Shown here: piece after piece, positions 24,223-36,279 of the stretch | Position numbering within the stretch: position 1 is the first letter of the stretch | Layout: each line of letters starts with the position of its first letter | NCBI RefSeq assembly: GCF_964194155.1 | Contig: NC_135901.1 | Coordinates: 1,550,001-1,614,000 of the forward strand | Reading direction: 5' to 3' | DNA: 64,000 bases | Origin: Cetorhinus maximus | Lineage: Eukaryota | Program-made: the position numbers and the translations under genes | Notes under the pieces: model-generated | Databases searched by the model: none | What the model saw: the letters and a program-made list of their open reading frames with translations, nothing else | What the model was told of the DNA's origin: nothing

Positions 24223-24759
24223 GTTCAAAATCCAATGATATTAAGGTTATGATAAATTGGGCGACTGCATCAGGTCCTGATGTGATATTTGGTTGGGGTT
24301 TTCTGGATGCAAATCCTCACCTTCTAATACTCTGTGAAATTGATTTAAAACAGAAAAAAGGGAGTGAAAGGCTGCTCACAAAAACAAAAGGCAGGTTGTG
24401 AAATTGAGCTGAATGTATCTGGTAATTTGTGGGGACAGCATGAGGAAAAAACTGTTTGATTCTTGTAAAAACGCATCTGTTTCACTAATGTCCTTCAGGG
24501 AAGGGAACCTGCCAGACAGTCTGGACTTACTGAAGACTCTGACCTCTGTGGGAGGAGGGTGAGGGAACAGGGCGAGAAGTAGGGAGATTTTATGTGCCTT
24601 AAACCCGACCAGAACTTTGACAAAACCTCCCAAACCCTCAACCTCCACCACCTAAAAGTAAATCCTTACCTTCTAACCCCCTGTAAAAGGAGTTTCCAAA
24701 ATCCAACCCTGTCAGTCCAGGATAGAAATTCACAACATTCTCTCCTGCTGACAGGGATA

Positions 24760-25175
24760 GGGATGATTGCGCATGCGCACCGCTGCACATTGCCCCCCTA
24801 TAAAGATGGCGGCCGTTAACTCGGGTATGTAAGGTTCAGTTCCGCGGCTGTTGCCCTACCTGGACTAAATGCGGGACTGGTAGATTTTTAATCTTGGTCC
24901 GAGGCCTCCACTGGATGTTTATGAAGCCTCTGCGCCCATTCCGCCGCCTCCGTTACGCCCGTATAATCAGCCGCAATTCACTGATTTCGGAGTCCAGATG
25001 ACCACCTCACTGTAGTTCCAGCACCCAAACTGCACCTGCGCCAGTTCCAACCCGCAGTGCGCATGCTCTATTCACAGTCCACCATTGCGCCTGCGCAAGG
25101 GTTTCCTGTAGTGAGTATAGGGCACATTCTGTATCGTCTTGGATGCTGGGTAACAGCCGCGCCATTGAACGATGA
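24760..25175 (-). promoter_or_regulatory. CpG-rich promoter of ZNF-4
   Basis: Perfect NRF1 palindrome TGCGCATGCGCA at 24768-24779; YY1 AAGATGGCGGCC at 24803-24814; Staf-type TTACCCAGCATCCAAGACG on - near 25135-25153. Confidence 0.65.
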
Positions 25176-25494
25176 CATTGTTGAATAGAACATTATGATT
25201 TGTGATCTGATGACGATGCAGCCATAGGGCCAATATATAAAATTATTAAATTAATTGACACAGTAAACAAAGTGGCCCTCCACCATAATTCTGTCCTGGG
25301 TGTAATTGACAGCAGAATAAACCACTACAGTTAAGTGTGAACTGACTGGAGTCTCAGCAGCTGGGGTGAACAAGTGATTTATTTCCCCATACACGGAACA
25401 TTTAAACCATGCCTTCCCTGTAAGAGTATACCTATTATGGATAAAATCGTTTGAATTTATGAAGCTGAGGTGTGAATAGGTGAGCAAACTGAAT

Positions 25495-25747
25495 AAATCC
25501 CTGGAATTAAAACTCAAATGATGACCATGAAACCATTGTCGATTTTCGTAAAAACCTATCTGGTTTACGAATGTCATCTAGGGAAGGAAATCTACTGTCT
25601 CACCTAGTCTAACCTACATGTGATTCCAGACCCACAGCAATGTGGTTGACTCTTTAAAAATGCCCTCTGAACAAGGGCAATTAGGGATGGGCAATAAATG
25701 CTGGCCTAGCCAGCGACACCCACATCCCACAAATGAATAAAAAGAAA
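25495..25747 (+). mobile_element. SINE body and tail
   Basis: 'ccagacccacagcaatgtggttgactc...gggcaattagggatgggcaataaatgctggcc...cccacatcccacaaatgaataaaaa'. Confidence 0.75.
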
Positions 25748-25769
25748 CACGTGTGTAGTATCTGCGTGG

Positions 25770-25895
25770 TCACTCTCCGGTGTGACTGTCCTGCTGTGTC
25801 AGAAAATGGGATAACTGAGTGAATTCATTTCCACATTCAGCTGGTGAACGATCTATTCATGTGAATTTACCTGAGTTTCCAGATCAGACGGGGAT
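25770..25895 (-). pseudogene. Small zinc-finger relic
   Basis: Minus PSDLETQ...ECGNEFTQLSHFLTQQDSHTGE. A more decayed paralog lies at 7790-7860. Confidence 0.5.
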
Positions 25896-26569
25896 CTCAA
25901 ACCTTTCCAGTGATGAATTCCAGATTCTTAACATTCTCCTGGAAAAAAAAACTTCAAGTGCTGTAAATCTGAAATAAAAACAGAAAATTCTGGAATTTTC
26001 TGCAGAACTGGGAGCATCCACAGAGAGGAAATATAATTTACGTTTCAGGTCTGCAAACTTTCAACAGAAATGTACTGTGTCAGTGCACAAAGCTGAAATG
26101 TTAACTATGTTTCCGAATCCACAGACGTTGCCAGACATAGAACCATAGAAAAGTTATAGCACAGAAGGAGGCCATTCGGCCCATCTTGTCCATGCCAGCC
26201 CGAGGACACGCAGGTGCCTAATCCCACCTTCCTGCACCCGGCTCATAGCCCTGCAGCTTCCAGTACTTTAGGTGAGGATTTGAAGCATTTTCTGATTGTA
26301 TCTCCTGTTAAAGGAATTTCTCCCGAATTGCACATTAGATTTGTTGGTAATAAACTTATATTTATTTTCATCCATCTCAAACTGGAACCATTTTCAACTT
26401 GCCTACGCTGTCAACCCATTTATAATCTTAAAAGCTCGACCAGGTCATTTGTCACTCTCTTTGCCAGAGAAAACATCTCCAGTTTGTTCAATCTTTCTTG
26501 ATAGGTATAACCTGCCAGTTCTGGCATTATTCCAGTACATTTGATACAAGCACAGCAGATGTAACAACC

Positions 26570-27245
26570 AGCTTTTCACCTCCGTTCCCGCGATCCAGGG
26601 CCACAAATACACTTTCTGGGTGATACAGCAAATTACTTGTACTTCTTCCAATTTAGGATCACGTATTCACTGCTCATGATGTGATCCCCTCCATGCTGAG
26701 GTGACTAAATCAAGATTGGGTAACTGCTTTGTGTAACATCACCATTCAATCTTCAAATGTATTCCTGAGCATCCAGTCATTTGCTATTTTAATTCTCCAC
26801 CCCATTCCTGGTCTGACATCTCTGTCCTCAGCCTCCTGCACTGGTCATAATCACCACTCCCATTATTTCAGACTGCAGGTGCTAGTAATGATTCTTCTGA
26901 TGCTATTCATACTCCCTCTGGATCTGAATTTTATTTGTTCGTCATATTAGTGTATTGTCTCATTATCACACAATTTTGTCTGACATTATCCTCCCCTTTG
27001 TCATTTAATCACTCCTGCCGTCCATTAACAATGTTTTTTCCTTCTCTTCCCCTCTCTTTTTCCTGACTCTGTACTTGTTTGTGAACAATTACATTTCTAA
27101 ATTCCCAAAGTTTGATAAAGGTTCACTCACCTTAAACATTGATTCTGCTGCCCTCTCCATAGAGGCTATTTGACCTGCTGAGTGTTTCCAACTATATCTC
27201 TTTGAAATTCTGATTTGCAGCATCTGCAGTGTTTTGTTTTTGGGT
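26570..27245 (+). mobile_element. Penelope-like element fragment (paralog of 8795-9485)
   Basis: 'gtgactaaatcaagattgggtaactgctttg...tttaattctccacc' aligns with 8940-9045 and ends in the terminal repeat 'gacctgctgagtgtttcc'. Confidence 0.6.
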
Positions 27246-29399
27246 CACTGTGGAACAGTTTTCTCTCGCTTAATGTGACCAGTTTAAAGAAGTTAAAGAA
27301 GGAACTATTAAGGAATGAGGCAACAGTTACTGTCACCCTGTTCGAAAACAAATGGAACAAAATGCACTTTTTAAACTATTGTTTCATGGGATGTAGGGTC
27401 GCTGTCAAGACCAGCATTTATGACCAAAACCTAATTTCCATTGAACTTTGTGGCTTGATCGGCCATTTTAAAAAGTAGTAAAAAGTCAACCACATCACCA
27501 TGGTCCGGGAGTCACATGGAGGTCAGACCAGGTATGGACAGGAGATTTCACCCCCTGTAGGAAATTAGAGAACCAGGTGGGTTTTCATGACAATCGATGA
27601 TAGTTTCATGGTCACCATTACAGAGGCTAGTTTTGAAATTCAGACTTATTGATTAAATTTCTCCCACTGCCATGGTGGGATTTGAACCTGTGTCCGTGCA
27701 TCTGGGTTATTAGTCCAGTGGCCTGATCACCTGCCCTTTGCAATTGAAACACAACATTTCCACGTCGGATGAAACCAGGAATTTCACTTGTAAATCAAAT
27801 ATTATGATCACTGCACTATGGAAATCAGTGTCAAACATCCCTGAACAAGGGGAACTGACCATACATCTCCCAGTCTAATTCACAAAAAGGAAATGCTGGG
27901 AATACTGAGCAGGTCAGACCGAGTCTGTGGAGAGAGAAACAGTTAATGGTCCAAGACACTGAAAGTGGGGAATGGGGAAATAATAAAAGAGAAGTTTGTG
28001 ATTGGGATTAAATCACAAAGGGGATGAGGATGCATGGCAAAAGCGATGGTAATGTAACTCGTGATGAAACTACAGGTGGAAGAACGTTATGTATCTGTCA
28101 TCTATTTCTGCTCTGATTGGAAATGTGTTGCTTCTCTGTTGACCCATTTCACTTCACTAAAAACTCTCAATCTTTCTCCACCATTATCTTTTACAAACAT
28201 TTCGTTGAACAAACATAGGCAGTTACATAGGAAAATAATCATCATTTTGAAGTGTTGAAACAATGAAACACATATTTTCATAACCATCTTGTTCATGGTT
28301 CATCTTAATATTTTACAGATAATCTTTAGTTTGGGGAAGATTAAGGTTGTGAGGATAAGGTTATTAACATTCTAGGCTTTTGAAATTGCCACAACACCTC
28401 AAGAAATGGCAGTTCAAAGAGTGACACATGTTTGTTTAACATGGTCTGCATAGAAGAGGGAGAGGGAGAGAGAAAGCTATAAAATGGCAGGTGCACTCAT
28501 TTGGCTAGAAATCTGGAGACAGAGTGTGTATGAGCTGTATTGTCCTGACTTTGTTAAAAAGGTAATTTTTTTAAGCAGACTTCAAGGTTAAGAAGTTTGG
28601 TTAATTAATGTAAATATCTGTTGGTACATAGGCTCTCTTTTGAAATACCATCAAGCATTGTACATTAGACCACACCTACAAACTTGTCCCTTGTACTTCC
28701 AGTGAAGTCGAGGGCAGTTTTCAGTGGCTGCTTCAGTGGACTGAAAATCAGAGTGATGCACAGAAACAGTGTGGTTCTGATGAAAGGTCACAGACTGAAA
28801 TACATGTAAACTATGTTTCTTTCTCCACAGACGCAATCAGATCTGCTGAAAATTCCAGCACTTTCTGTTTTTCATTCAGATTTCCAGCATCCGCAGTATT
28901 TTTCTTTTCCTGAACTGGAGAGTGCTGAGAAGGTGGAGCTCGTTGCAAGAGGGGTTTGAGATCCCCGTCTGAGCTGGAAACTATGAGTAAAATCACAGCA
29001 TGAAAAGATCATCACCATCTGGAAGCGGAAGGGGATTCAGTTGGTCATCCCATTTACTGACACAATAGCAGTCAGACTGCAGAGAGACCTTTCAGATATT
29101 TCACGAGTGAGAAAGGATTTGCTTAGTTTTCTCACTAATTTAGAAAGTTTAAAGGATTTGATTCACAAATCAGCGCTTTCTTTCTAGAAAGAGACATTTT
29201 AAGTGTTCTGAGCCTTGGGAAAAAATAATTTCTTTCCCCCACGTTCTGAGACTCCAGTGAGTTTGAATTTAATTGTTGAAGTGTTAATTTCTATTAATTA
29301 CACCCAGGACAGAACCTATGGGGCACTTTGGCTGCTGTTTCAATTGATGTGATAATGTCATATCTTGACCCTATGACTCCAATCGATCACAAAACACGA

Positions 29400-29830
29400 T
29401 TTTCTATTCAACAATATCACTGCTCAATGGCCGGGGCTTTACCCAGCATTCGCGGCGGTGCAGAATGTGCCCTATCCTCGCTGCAGGCGCAATACAGGGT
29501 GTGAGTCGAGCATTGTGGGTGCTTTTAGGGGAGCATGCGCAGTTGCTTCCTGCAGCAAGAGCTGGTCGAAGGAGATGACAATTTCCGAGTGGAGGCGAGT
29601 AACTGAAGCCGGTAGATGGGGAGGGTTGGAGGCGGTGGAGTGGGCAGTGAGATTTTATACAGATCCACTGGCAGTTCGACACCCGAATAAATTGTAGCGG
29701 TCCCGCGGTCGCAGCGAACGGTCGTGGGGGCAGCTGCGGGCCGCGGTTCTCAGTAAAATGGCGGAGTTAACGGCCGCCATCTTTACTGGGATCAATGTGC
29801 AGCGGGGCGCATGCGCGGTCATCCCTGTCC
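29400..29830 (+). promoter_or_regulatory. CpG-rich promoter of ZNF-5 (inverted relative to the other genes)
   Basis: Staf-type TTACCCAGCATTCGCGGCGG at 29439-29458; paired YY1 motifs AAAATGGCGG and GGCCGCCATCTT at 29755-29783; NRF1 GCGCATGCGC at 29807-29816. Confidence 0.7.
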
Positions 29831-29979
29831 GTGTCAGCAGGAGGAGAGAATATTGTGAATTTCCTGGACTGACAGGAACGGATTTTGGAAACTCCTTTTA
29901 CAGGGGGTTAGAAGGGGAGGATTTACACACAGCAAACTCAAACCAAGAGAAATATTTGTCTCGTCTGACATAGGTCTTT

Positions 29980-30212
29980 AAAATAAAAACAAAAATTGCT
30001 GGAAAAACTCAGCAGGTCTGACAGCATCAACGGACAGAAAGACAGAGTTAATGTTTCGAGTCCATATGACTTCTTCAGAACTCAAGAGTCATACGGACTT
30101 GAAACGTTAACTCTGTCTTTCTCTCCACAGTTTTTGTCAGACCTGCTGAGTTTTTCCTGCAATTTTTGTTTTTGTTTCAGATTTCCAGCATCCACAGTAT
30201 TTTGCTTTTATC
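29980..30212. mobile_element. Fold-back (inverted) Penelope terminal-repeat element with hammerhead motifs
   Basis: Arms of about 95 bp are reverse complements of each other. Minus strand reads agtt-CTGAAGA-AGTC-atatg-GACTC-GAAAC-ATT-aact. Flanked by the direct repeat taggtctttaaaat/taggtcttttaaaat. Confidence 0.7.
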
Positions 30213-30699
30213 TAGGTCTTTAAAATCCTCATTAGGATGGGCAAGTTGATGCGGACAGAATGTTTCCACTTGTTGGTCTGACCAATGCTGGAGGTCTTCT
30301 GTACACAATAGTTACAAATAAATCCAACAGGAAAACTGGAGATGCTTCTTTCCTGAGGCAGTAATTAAAATGTGGAACTCACTACGACAGTAAGGTGGCT
30401 GAGAAAAATACCTGAGACTCTTTCAAAAAGAAACTGAATGAGAACATGAGAGAAAAGGGATTAGAAAGATCAACTGAACGGCTGAGATTAGGTTGGCAGA
30501 ATGGAAGGAAATTCATGTGGAGTAGAAACTCCAGTACAGACTAGATAAACCGAATGGCCTGTTTGTGTAATGTATACTCTGTGTAATTCTTTGTAAACTT
30601 ATTTTACAGGGTAATAGAAGAGGAGGATTTGCAGACAGGAATATCAAACCAAACCTCACGTCTGACAGAGTCAACTGGTTCATTGGGACCTGAAGATTT

Positions 30700-32223
30700 G
30701 TGGATCTGAAGGGATTTAATCGACCATCTCAGCTGGAAACCGGTGAGAGGCTGTTCACCTGCTCCTCCTGTGTGAAGGGATTAATACAGCTGGTAAACAT
30801 GCTGACACGACAGCGAACTCACAACAGTGAGAGGCTGTTCACTTGCTTTGCATGTGGGAAGAAATTCATGTGTTCATCCAACCTGCTGGCACACCAGCTT
30901 GATCACTTTGATGAGAAGCCTCTTCAATGCTCTGACTCGGGGAAAAGTTTTGAAACCTCTGAGGAACTGGTCCAACAGCAGCGAGTTCACACTGATGAGA
31001 GACCGTTCAGCTGCTCCCACTGCGGGAAGAGGTTCAGGCTGTCCTCCCGCCTCGCGGAGCACCAGCTCCTTCATACTCACGAGAGGCCGTTCAGCTGCTC
31101 TCTCTGTGGGGAGTCGTTCAGTGAGTCAGGGCATCTCACTGAGCACCAGCGAGTTCACACCAAGGACAGGCCATTCAGCTGCTCCCAGTGTGGGAAGGCA
31201 TTCACTCAGTTTTCAAGCTACACTAAGCACCAACTGGTTCACTCAGATGAGAAACCTTTTAAATGCTCCGAATGTGAGAAAACCTTTAAAAGAAGCATTG
31301 ATCTGCTGAGGCACCAGTGCATTCACACTGGGGAGAGGCCGTTCCCCTGCTCTGTGTGTGGAAAAAGATTCATTCATTCTTTCCACCTTCTGACACATAA
31401 GCGTGGTCACACCGGGGAGAGACCATTCATCTGCTCCGTGTGTGGGAAGGGTTTCATTCGGTCATCCAGCCTTCTGATGCACCAACGGATTCACACCGGG
31501 GAGAGACCATTCATCTGCTCCGTGTGTGGCAAGGGATTCACTCGTTCAAACCAACTTCTGATACACAAGCGAGTTCATACTGGAGAGAGACCGTTCACCT
31601 GCTCCGTGTGTGGGAAGAGATTCACTCAGTCAGCCAACCTGCGGACACATCTGTGGGTTCATACTGGGGAGAGGCCGTTCATCTGCTCCGTATGTGGCAA
31701 GAGTTTCTCTCGTTTGTCCTACCTTGAGGTACATGAGCGAGTTCACACCGGTGTGAGGCCGTTCACCTGTTCTACGTGTGGGAAGAGATTCGCTCATTCA
31801 TCCCATCTGGTGAGACACCAGCGCAGTCACACTGGAGAGAAGCCGTTCACCTGCTCTGTGTGTGGGAAGGGATTCACTTGTTCATCTTATCTGGTGAGAC
31901 ACCAGCGCATTCACACTAGGGAGAGGCCGTTCACCTGCTCTGTGTGTGGGAAGGGATTCACTGATTCAACCCACCTGCTGAGACACCACCGCATTCATAT
32001 GGGGTTGAGGCCGTTCTCCTGTTCTGTGTGTGAGAAGGGATTCACTAATTCATCCAACCTGCTGAGACACCAACGAATTCACACTGGGGAGAGGCCGTTC
32101 ACCTGCTCCGTGTGTGAGAAGAGATTTACTCGGTCATCCGACCTGCTGAGACATAAGCGAGTTCACATGTTACCAGAAAAGTTGGATTCAGTTGTTGATG
32201 CTGAGAATCACATCCAGAACTGA
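30700..32223 (+). CDS. C2H2 zinc-finger protein, 15 intact plus 2 degenerate fingers (ZNF-5)
   Basis: Uninterrupted 507-codon frame with TGERPF linkers. The ORF track starts at GTG; the first in-frame ATG is 30799. Acceptor ttttacag ends at 30609. Confidence 0.9.
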   Translation: MDLKGFNRPSQLETGERLFTCSSCVKGLIQLVNMLTRQRTHNSERLFTCFACGKKFMCSSNLLAHQLDHFDEKPLQCSDSGKSFETSEELVQQQRVHTDERPFSCSHCGKRFRLSSRLAEHQLLHTHERPFSCSLCGESFSESGHLTEHQRVHTKDRPFSCSQCGKAFTQFSSYTKHQLVHSDEKPFKCSECEKTFKRSIDLLRHQCIHTGERPFPCSVCGKRFIHSFHLLTHKRGHTGERPFICSVCGKGFIRSSSLLMHQRIHTGERPFICSVCGKGFTRSNQLLIHKRVHTGERPFTCSVCGKRFTQSANLRTHLWVHTGERPFICSVCGKSFSRLSYLEVHERVHTGVRPFTCSTCGKRFAHSSHLVRHQRSHTGEKPFTCSVCGKGFTCSSYLVRHQRIHTRERPFTCSVCGKGFTDSTHLLRHHRIHMGLRPFSCSVCEKGFTNSSNLLRHQRIHTGERPFTCSVCEKRFTRSSDLLRHKRVHMLPEKLDSVVDAENHIQN

Positions 32224-32339
32224 ACCTTTTCTCCTTTCTAACTCTAGATTATTTCAGTTTTCATACCTTCAGTTACTCTCATGGACAAGTCCCAGCTCCC
32301 CGTACTTCCCAGAGTGTCTCAACTTTTTACGATTTACAT

Positions 32340-33290
32340 CAATGACTGAGATGAGGGGAGTGAAGACATGGTGGCTAAATTTGCAGAGGACACAAAGATA
32401 GATAGGAAAGTATGTTGTGAAGAGGACATGAGGAGGTTGCAGGTGGATATAGGTAGGTTGAGAAAGTGGACAAAGATCTGGCAAACGGAATTTAACGTGG
32501 GAAAATGTGAAGTTCACTTTGGCAGGGAGAATGAAAAAGCAGAGTATTACTTAAATGGAGAACGGCTGCATAATTCTGAGGTGCAGAGGGATTTAGGTAT
32601 TCTAGTACATGAGTCACAAAAAGTTAGTAAGCAGGAACAGCAAGTAATTAAGAAGGCTAATGGAATGCGATCCTTTATTATGAGAGGGATTGAACATAAA
32701 TGTAAGGATTTCACTCTTCAGTTATACAGGACATTGGTGAGATCGCACCTCGAATACTGTATACAGTTTTAGTCTCCTTATTTAAGGAAGGATAGAAATA
32801 CATTGGAGGCGGTTCAAAGGAGGTTTACTAGATTGATACCTGGAATGAGTGGGTTGTCTTATGAGGAAAGGTTGGACAGACTGGTCTTGTTTCCACTGGA
32901 ATTTAGAAGAGTGACAGGTGATTTGATTGAAGTATACAAGATCCTGAACGGCCTTTACAAGGTGGATGTCGAAAGGATGTTTCCTCTTGTGGGTGAGTCC
33001 AGAACTAGGGGGCACTGTTTTAAAATCAGGGTCGTCCTTTTAGGACAGAAATGAAAATTTTTTCTATCTCAGAGCGTTGTGCAACTTTGGAACTCTGCCT
33101 CAGAAGGCGGTGGAGGCGGGGTCACTGAATATTTTTAAGGCAGAGGTAAATAGATTCTTGTTAGGTAAGGGAATCAAAGGTTATCAGGATTGAAACACAA
33201 GAAGATCAGCCATGATCTTATTGAATGGTGGAACGGGCTCAAGGGGCCGAATGGTCAACTCCTGTTCCTATTTCTTATGTTATTATGTCT
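32340..33290 (+). mobile_element. CR1 LINE 3' fragment
   Basis: VAKFAEDTKI...FNVGKCEV...LVRSHLEYCIQF; tail 'cctatttcttatgttattatgt'. Confidence 0.88.
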
Positions 33291-33339
33291 CTCCTAGCCT
33301 TAGCATCCAGGGAAGGATAACATACCCAGGATCATTATT

Positions 33340-33932
33340 GGTGAAATTTTGCTGAACATTTGTGAAAAAAGAGACATCCTGTCGAAGTTTTTCATCCTGC
33401 ACTCATCAGGACAGATTTGTAAGAATACCAATTGTAAATGGAACAATGATTTATACTACATGAGAAGAGGGGCTGATTGGTTGGCAAGACGACTCTGATT
33501 GGTAGAGGTGTTACCATGGAAAATGCACCAGGCAGTAGTTAACTGCCAAGCTTTTGTTTAAATTCAAACCAGGCAGTTCGACTCTGATTGGTCATGGGAA
33601 ATGAACCAGGGAATGACTGTCCCTAAGCTTTTGTTTTTTTGAAAAAGCGCAGTGTGTGGACATGCTCTTTCTGTTTGCAAAGGACAGGACCCTGTGTGTG
33701 AATACATGAGTTTCTAGCATGTGTAAGTGAGCTATATCATGAGCATGACTGATTATTTTAAATTGTTTGTCAGTGTCATTCTTAGCACAATCAGATTTGT
33801 TTAGCAAGTGCTGTCCAATTGCAGAGTCACTTATCATGTTGGACACTTTGTTCTGAGATTTGCAAGCCTGGTCCGGTTGAGTATGGTCAGTACTTTGCCT
33901 GTTGTGAACAGCCGAAGGGACGCGCTGTTTGA
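33340..33932 (-). mobile_element. Penelope-like element (second family): GIY-YIG end plus terminal repeat with hammerhead
   Basis: SAIGQHLLNKSDCAKNDTDKQFKIISHAHDIAHLHMLET. Minus tgtc-CTGATGA-gtgcaggat-GAAA-aacttc-gaca at 33380-33413. Confidence 0.7.
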
Positions 33933-34405
33933 CAAGAATGATACCAGAAATGTGTGTGTTTACATATGAGGAAAGGATTGACAGGCTGGGTCTCTTCTCT
34001 CTTGGATAAAGGAGACTGAGAGGTGTCCTAATTGAGGCCTTAAAAATGATGAAAGGTTTTGATAGAGAGGATACAGAGAGAATGCTTTCTCTTGTGGGGA
34101 AGAGAGACCATCAATATAAGATAGTCACCAAGAATCCAATAGGGAATTCAGAAGAAACTTCTTCACCCAGAGAGTGGTGAGAATGTGGAACTTGCTACCA
34201 CAGGAAGTGGGTGAAGTGAATAGTATAGATGTATTTAAGGGGAAATGAGATAAGCACAAGAGGAAGAAGTGATTAGAGGGTTACAGTGATAGATTTAGAT
34301 GAGGAAAGATGGGAGGAGGCTCGAGTGGATCATAAACACCAGCATGGACTGGTTAGGCTGAATGGCCTGTTTCTGTGCCTTATATCCTCTGTAATCCGAT
34401 GTAAT
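33933..34405 (+). mobile_element. CR1 LINE 3' fragment
   Basis: YEERIDRLGLFSL...FRRNFFTQRVVRMWNLLP; same subfamily as 2783-3308. Confidence 0.8.
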
Positions 34406-34464
34406 CGAGCTCTGAATCCACTGTATTATTTCTGTTTGTGTCTGGAAGCAGCATGGAATTAACC

Positions 34465-35140
34465 TGAAGACTAAACTCAGACTCTCCCAGGCCATTGTCC
34501 TTACCACCCTGCTGTATGGAGCAGAATCCTGGGTCTGCTATCGGAGCCACGTCAAAGCTCTGGAACGCTTCCACCAAAGGCACCCGAGGTCCATCACGAG
34601 AATTCGATGGCAGGACAAAATCACAAAATAACAAGGTCTCCATCGTGCTGGACTCAACAGCACAGAGACCATCCTCCAGAAAATTCCACTTGGATGGCCA
34701 GGCCATGTCCCCCACATGGATGATGACAGAATCCCCAAGCAGATCGTCAATGGGGAACTGCCTCAGGGTAAACAACATCAAGGTGGTCAGTACAAACGGT
34801 ACAAGGACACCCTTAAAAACGAGCCTTACAAACTTGTGCGTTGCAGACCACCTCTCTGGGGAAAACATTGCAGCCGACCGGCCATGTGGAGGCAAACACT
34901 GAAATTTGGTTCAGCATGTTTCAAGGACCATCTACTCCAGACTCACAACATCCGATGTGCCCAGAGGAAGACCAGTAGTGGAGCAGCTGCAGAAGTTCCC
35001 CCGGTACCAACAACAACAACATGAACTGCCAGTTCTGTGGGCGTCCATGTCGATCCCACATCGGACTCTTCAGTCATGAGAGGAGCCACAGAAAACGATG
35101 CAATCATTGACAGCTTGGACATACTCGAACAACGAGGCGT
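34465..35140 (+). mobile_element. RTE-clade LINE 3' fragment
   Basis: IVLTTLLYGAESW..YRSHVKALERFHQR...WPGHVPHMDDDRIPKQIVNGEL..G....GGQYKRYKDTLK, plus terminal CQFCGRPCRSHIGLFSHERSH. Confidence 0.8.
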
Positions 35141-35509
35141 CTACCCCAACATTACCCGTGTTCCCCGGATCAGGGAACTATACTCTGTCTGTATGATTGC
35201 AGTGCTGTTAATAAAGTCAGGAAAAGACAATCTATTGTTGTGAGTTTGATTATCTGGTGTCTGAAATCACAAGATTCAGTACTTAGAGTCAACAAGATGA
35301 ACAAGGAAACACGTCATGGCCCAATATTCCAGCTTGATATTCCCAGGAGAATGTCTGTTATCTAACACCTCGAGTGGACAGAACAGAGAAAGATCCCATC
35401 TGTAAGAAACCCTCGAATCATTTGTAACTATCTTTCAAATGTTGACAGGTTCCAACTGTCAGTTTCCATTATATTGAAGTCAATGGGAGGTGAGAGAGCG
35501 GTTATTCTA

Positions 35510-36075
35510 GAATTATAAAGAACACGAGTTAGACCACAGCTAGAATAGTGAGTACAGTTCAGGTCACCACATTACAGGAAGGATGTGATTGTACTGGAGA
35601 GGGTAGAGAAGAGATTTATCTGGATGTTGCCCAGGTTGGGGAATTTTAACTGTGAGGAAAGATCGGATAGACTGGGATTGTTTTCTGTGGAACAGAGGAG
35701 GCTGAGGGGAGATTTAATTGAGATATATAAAATTATGAGGGGCCCAGATGGAGCAGACAGCACCTATTTCATTAACAGAGAGATCAGTAACCAGGGGGCA
35801 AAGATTTAAACTAATTGATGGAGGATTAGAGGGGAGTTGAGTAATGTTTTCACCCAGAGGGTGGTTGGGGATCTGGAACTCACTGCCTGAAAGGGTGGTA
35901 GAGGCAGAAACTCTCATCACATTTAAGAAACACCCCAATATACAACTGGAGGTGCTGTAACCTCCAGGGCTACAGACCTAGAGCTGGAAAGTGGGATTAG
36001 ACTGGATAACTAATTTTCGGCCAGCACACGCATGATGGGCTCAATGGCCTCCTCTGTGCTGTAAATTTCTGTGAT
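35510..36075 (+). mobile_element. CR1 LINE 3' fragment
   Basis: LERVEKRFIWMLP...RRLRGDLIEIYKIMRG. Confidence 0.8.
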
Positions 36076-36279
36076 GACAAGTGGTCCTCGTGTTTATATC
36101 CAAGACAGGCCTCAGCCCAGTCATTTGCTCCAAATGTTGATGTGATGGTTGAAGCTAAGAGGTGTCAGGTGTCGGGAGCAGTAAATAAATGGAAATGTTA
36201 GTAAATACTGATATAGTTTATCTGTATCTAGTTCCATTTTAATAACTTCTGCTGAATGTGACCCTCACCCAGTGCCAGG

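Noticed and set aside
29830-30700. KRAB, SCAN or BTB effector exon upstream of the finger exons
   Set aside because: No recognisable motif in any frame by eye. A profile-HMM search would be needed to exclude a divergent domain.
30827-31727. Alternative-frame and antisense ORFs overlapping ZNF exons (also 6006..6209, 10741..11058, 17354..17674)
   Set aside because: Expected shadows of the 84-nt finger repeat; no independent evidence.
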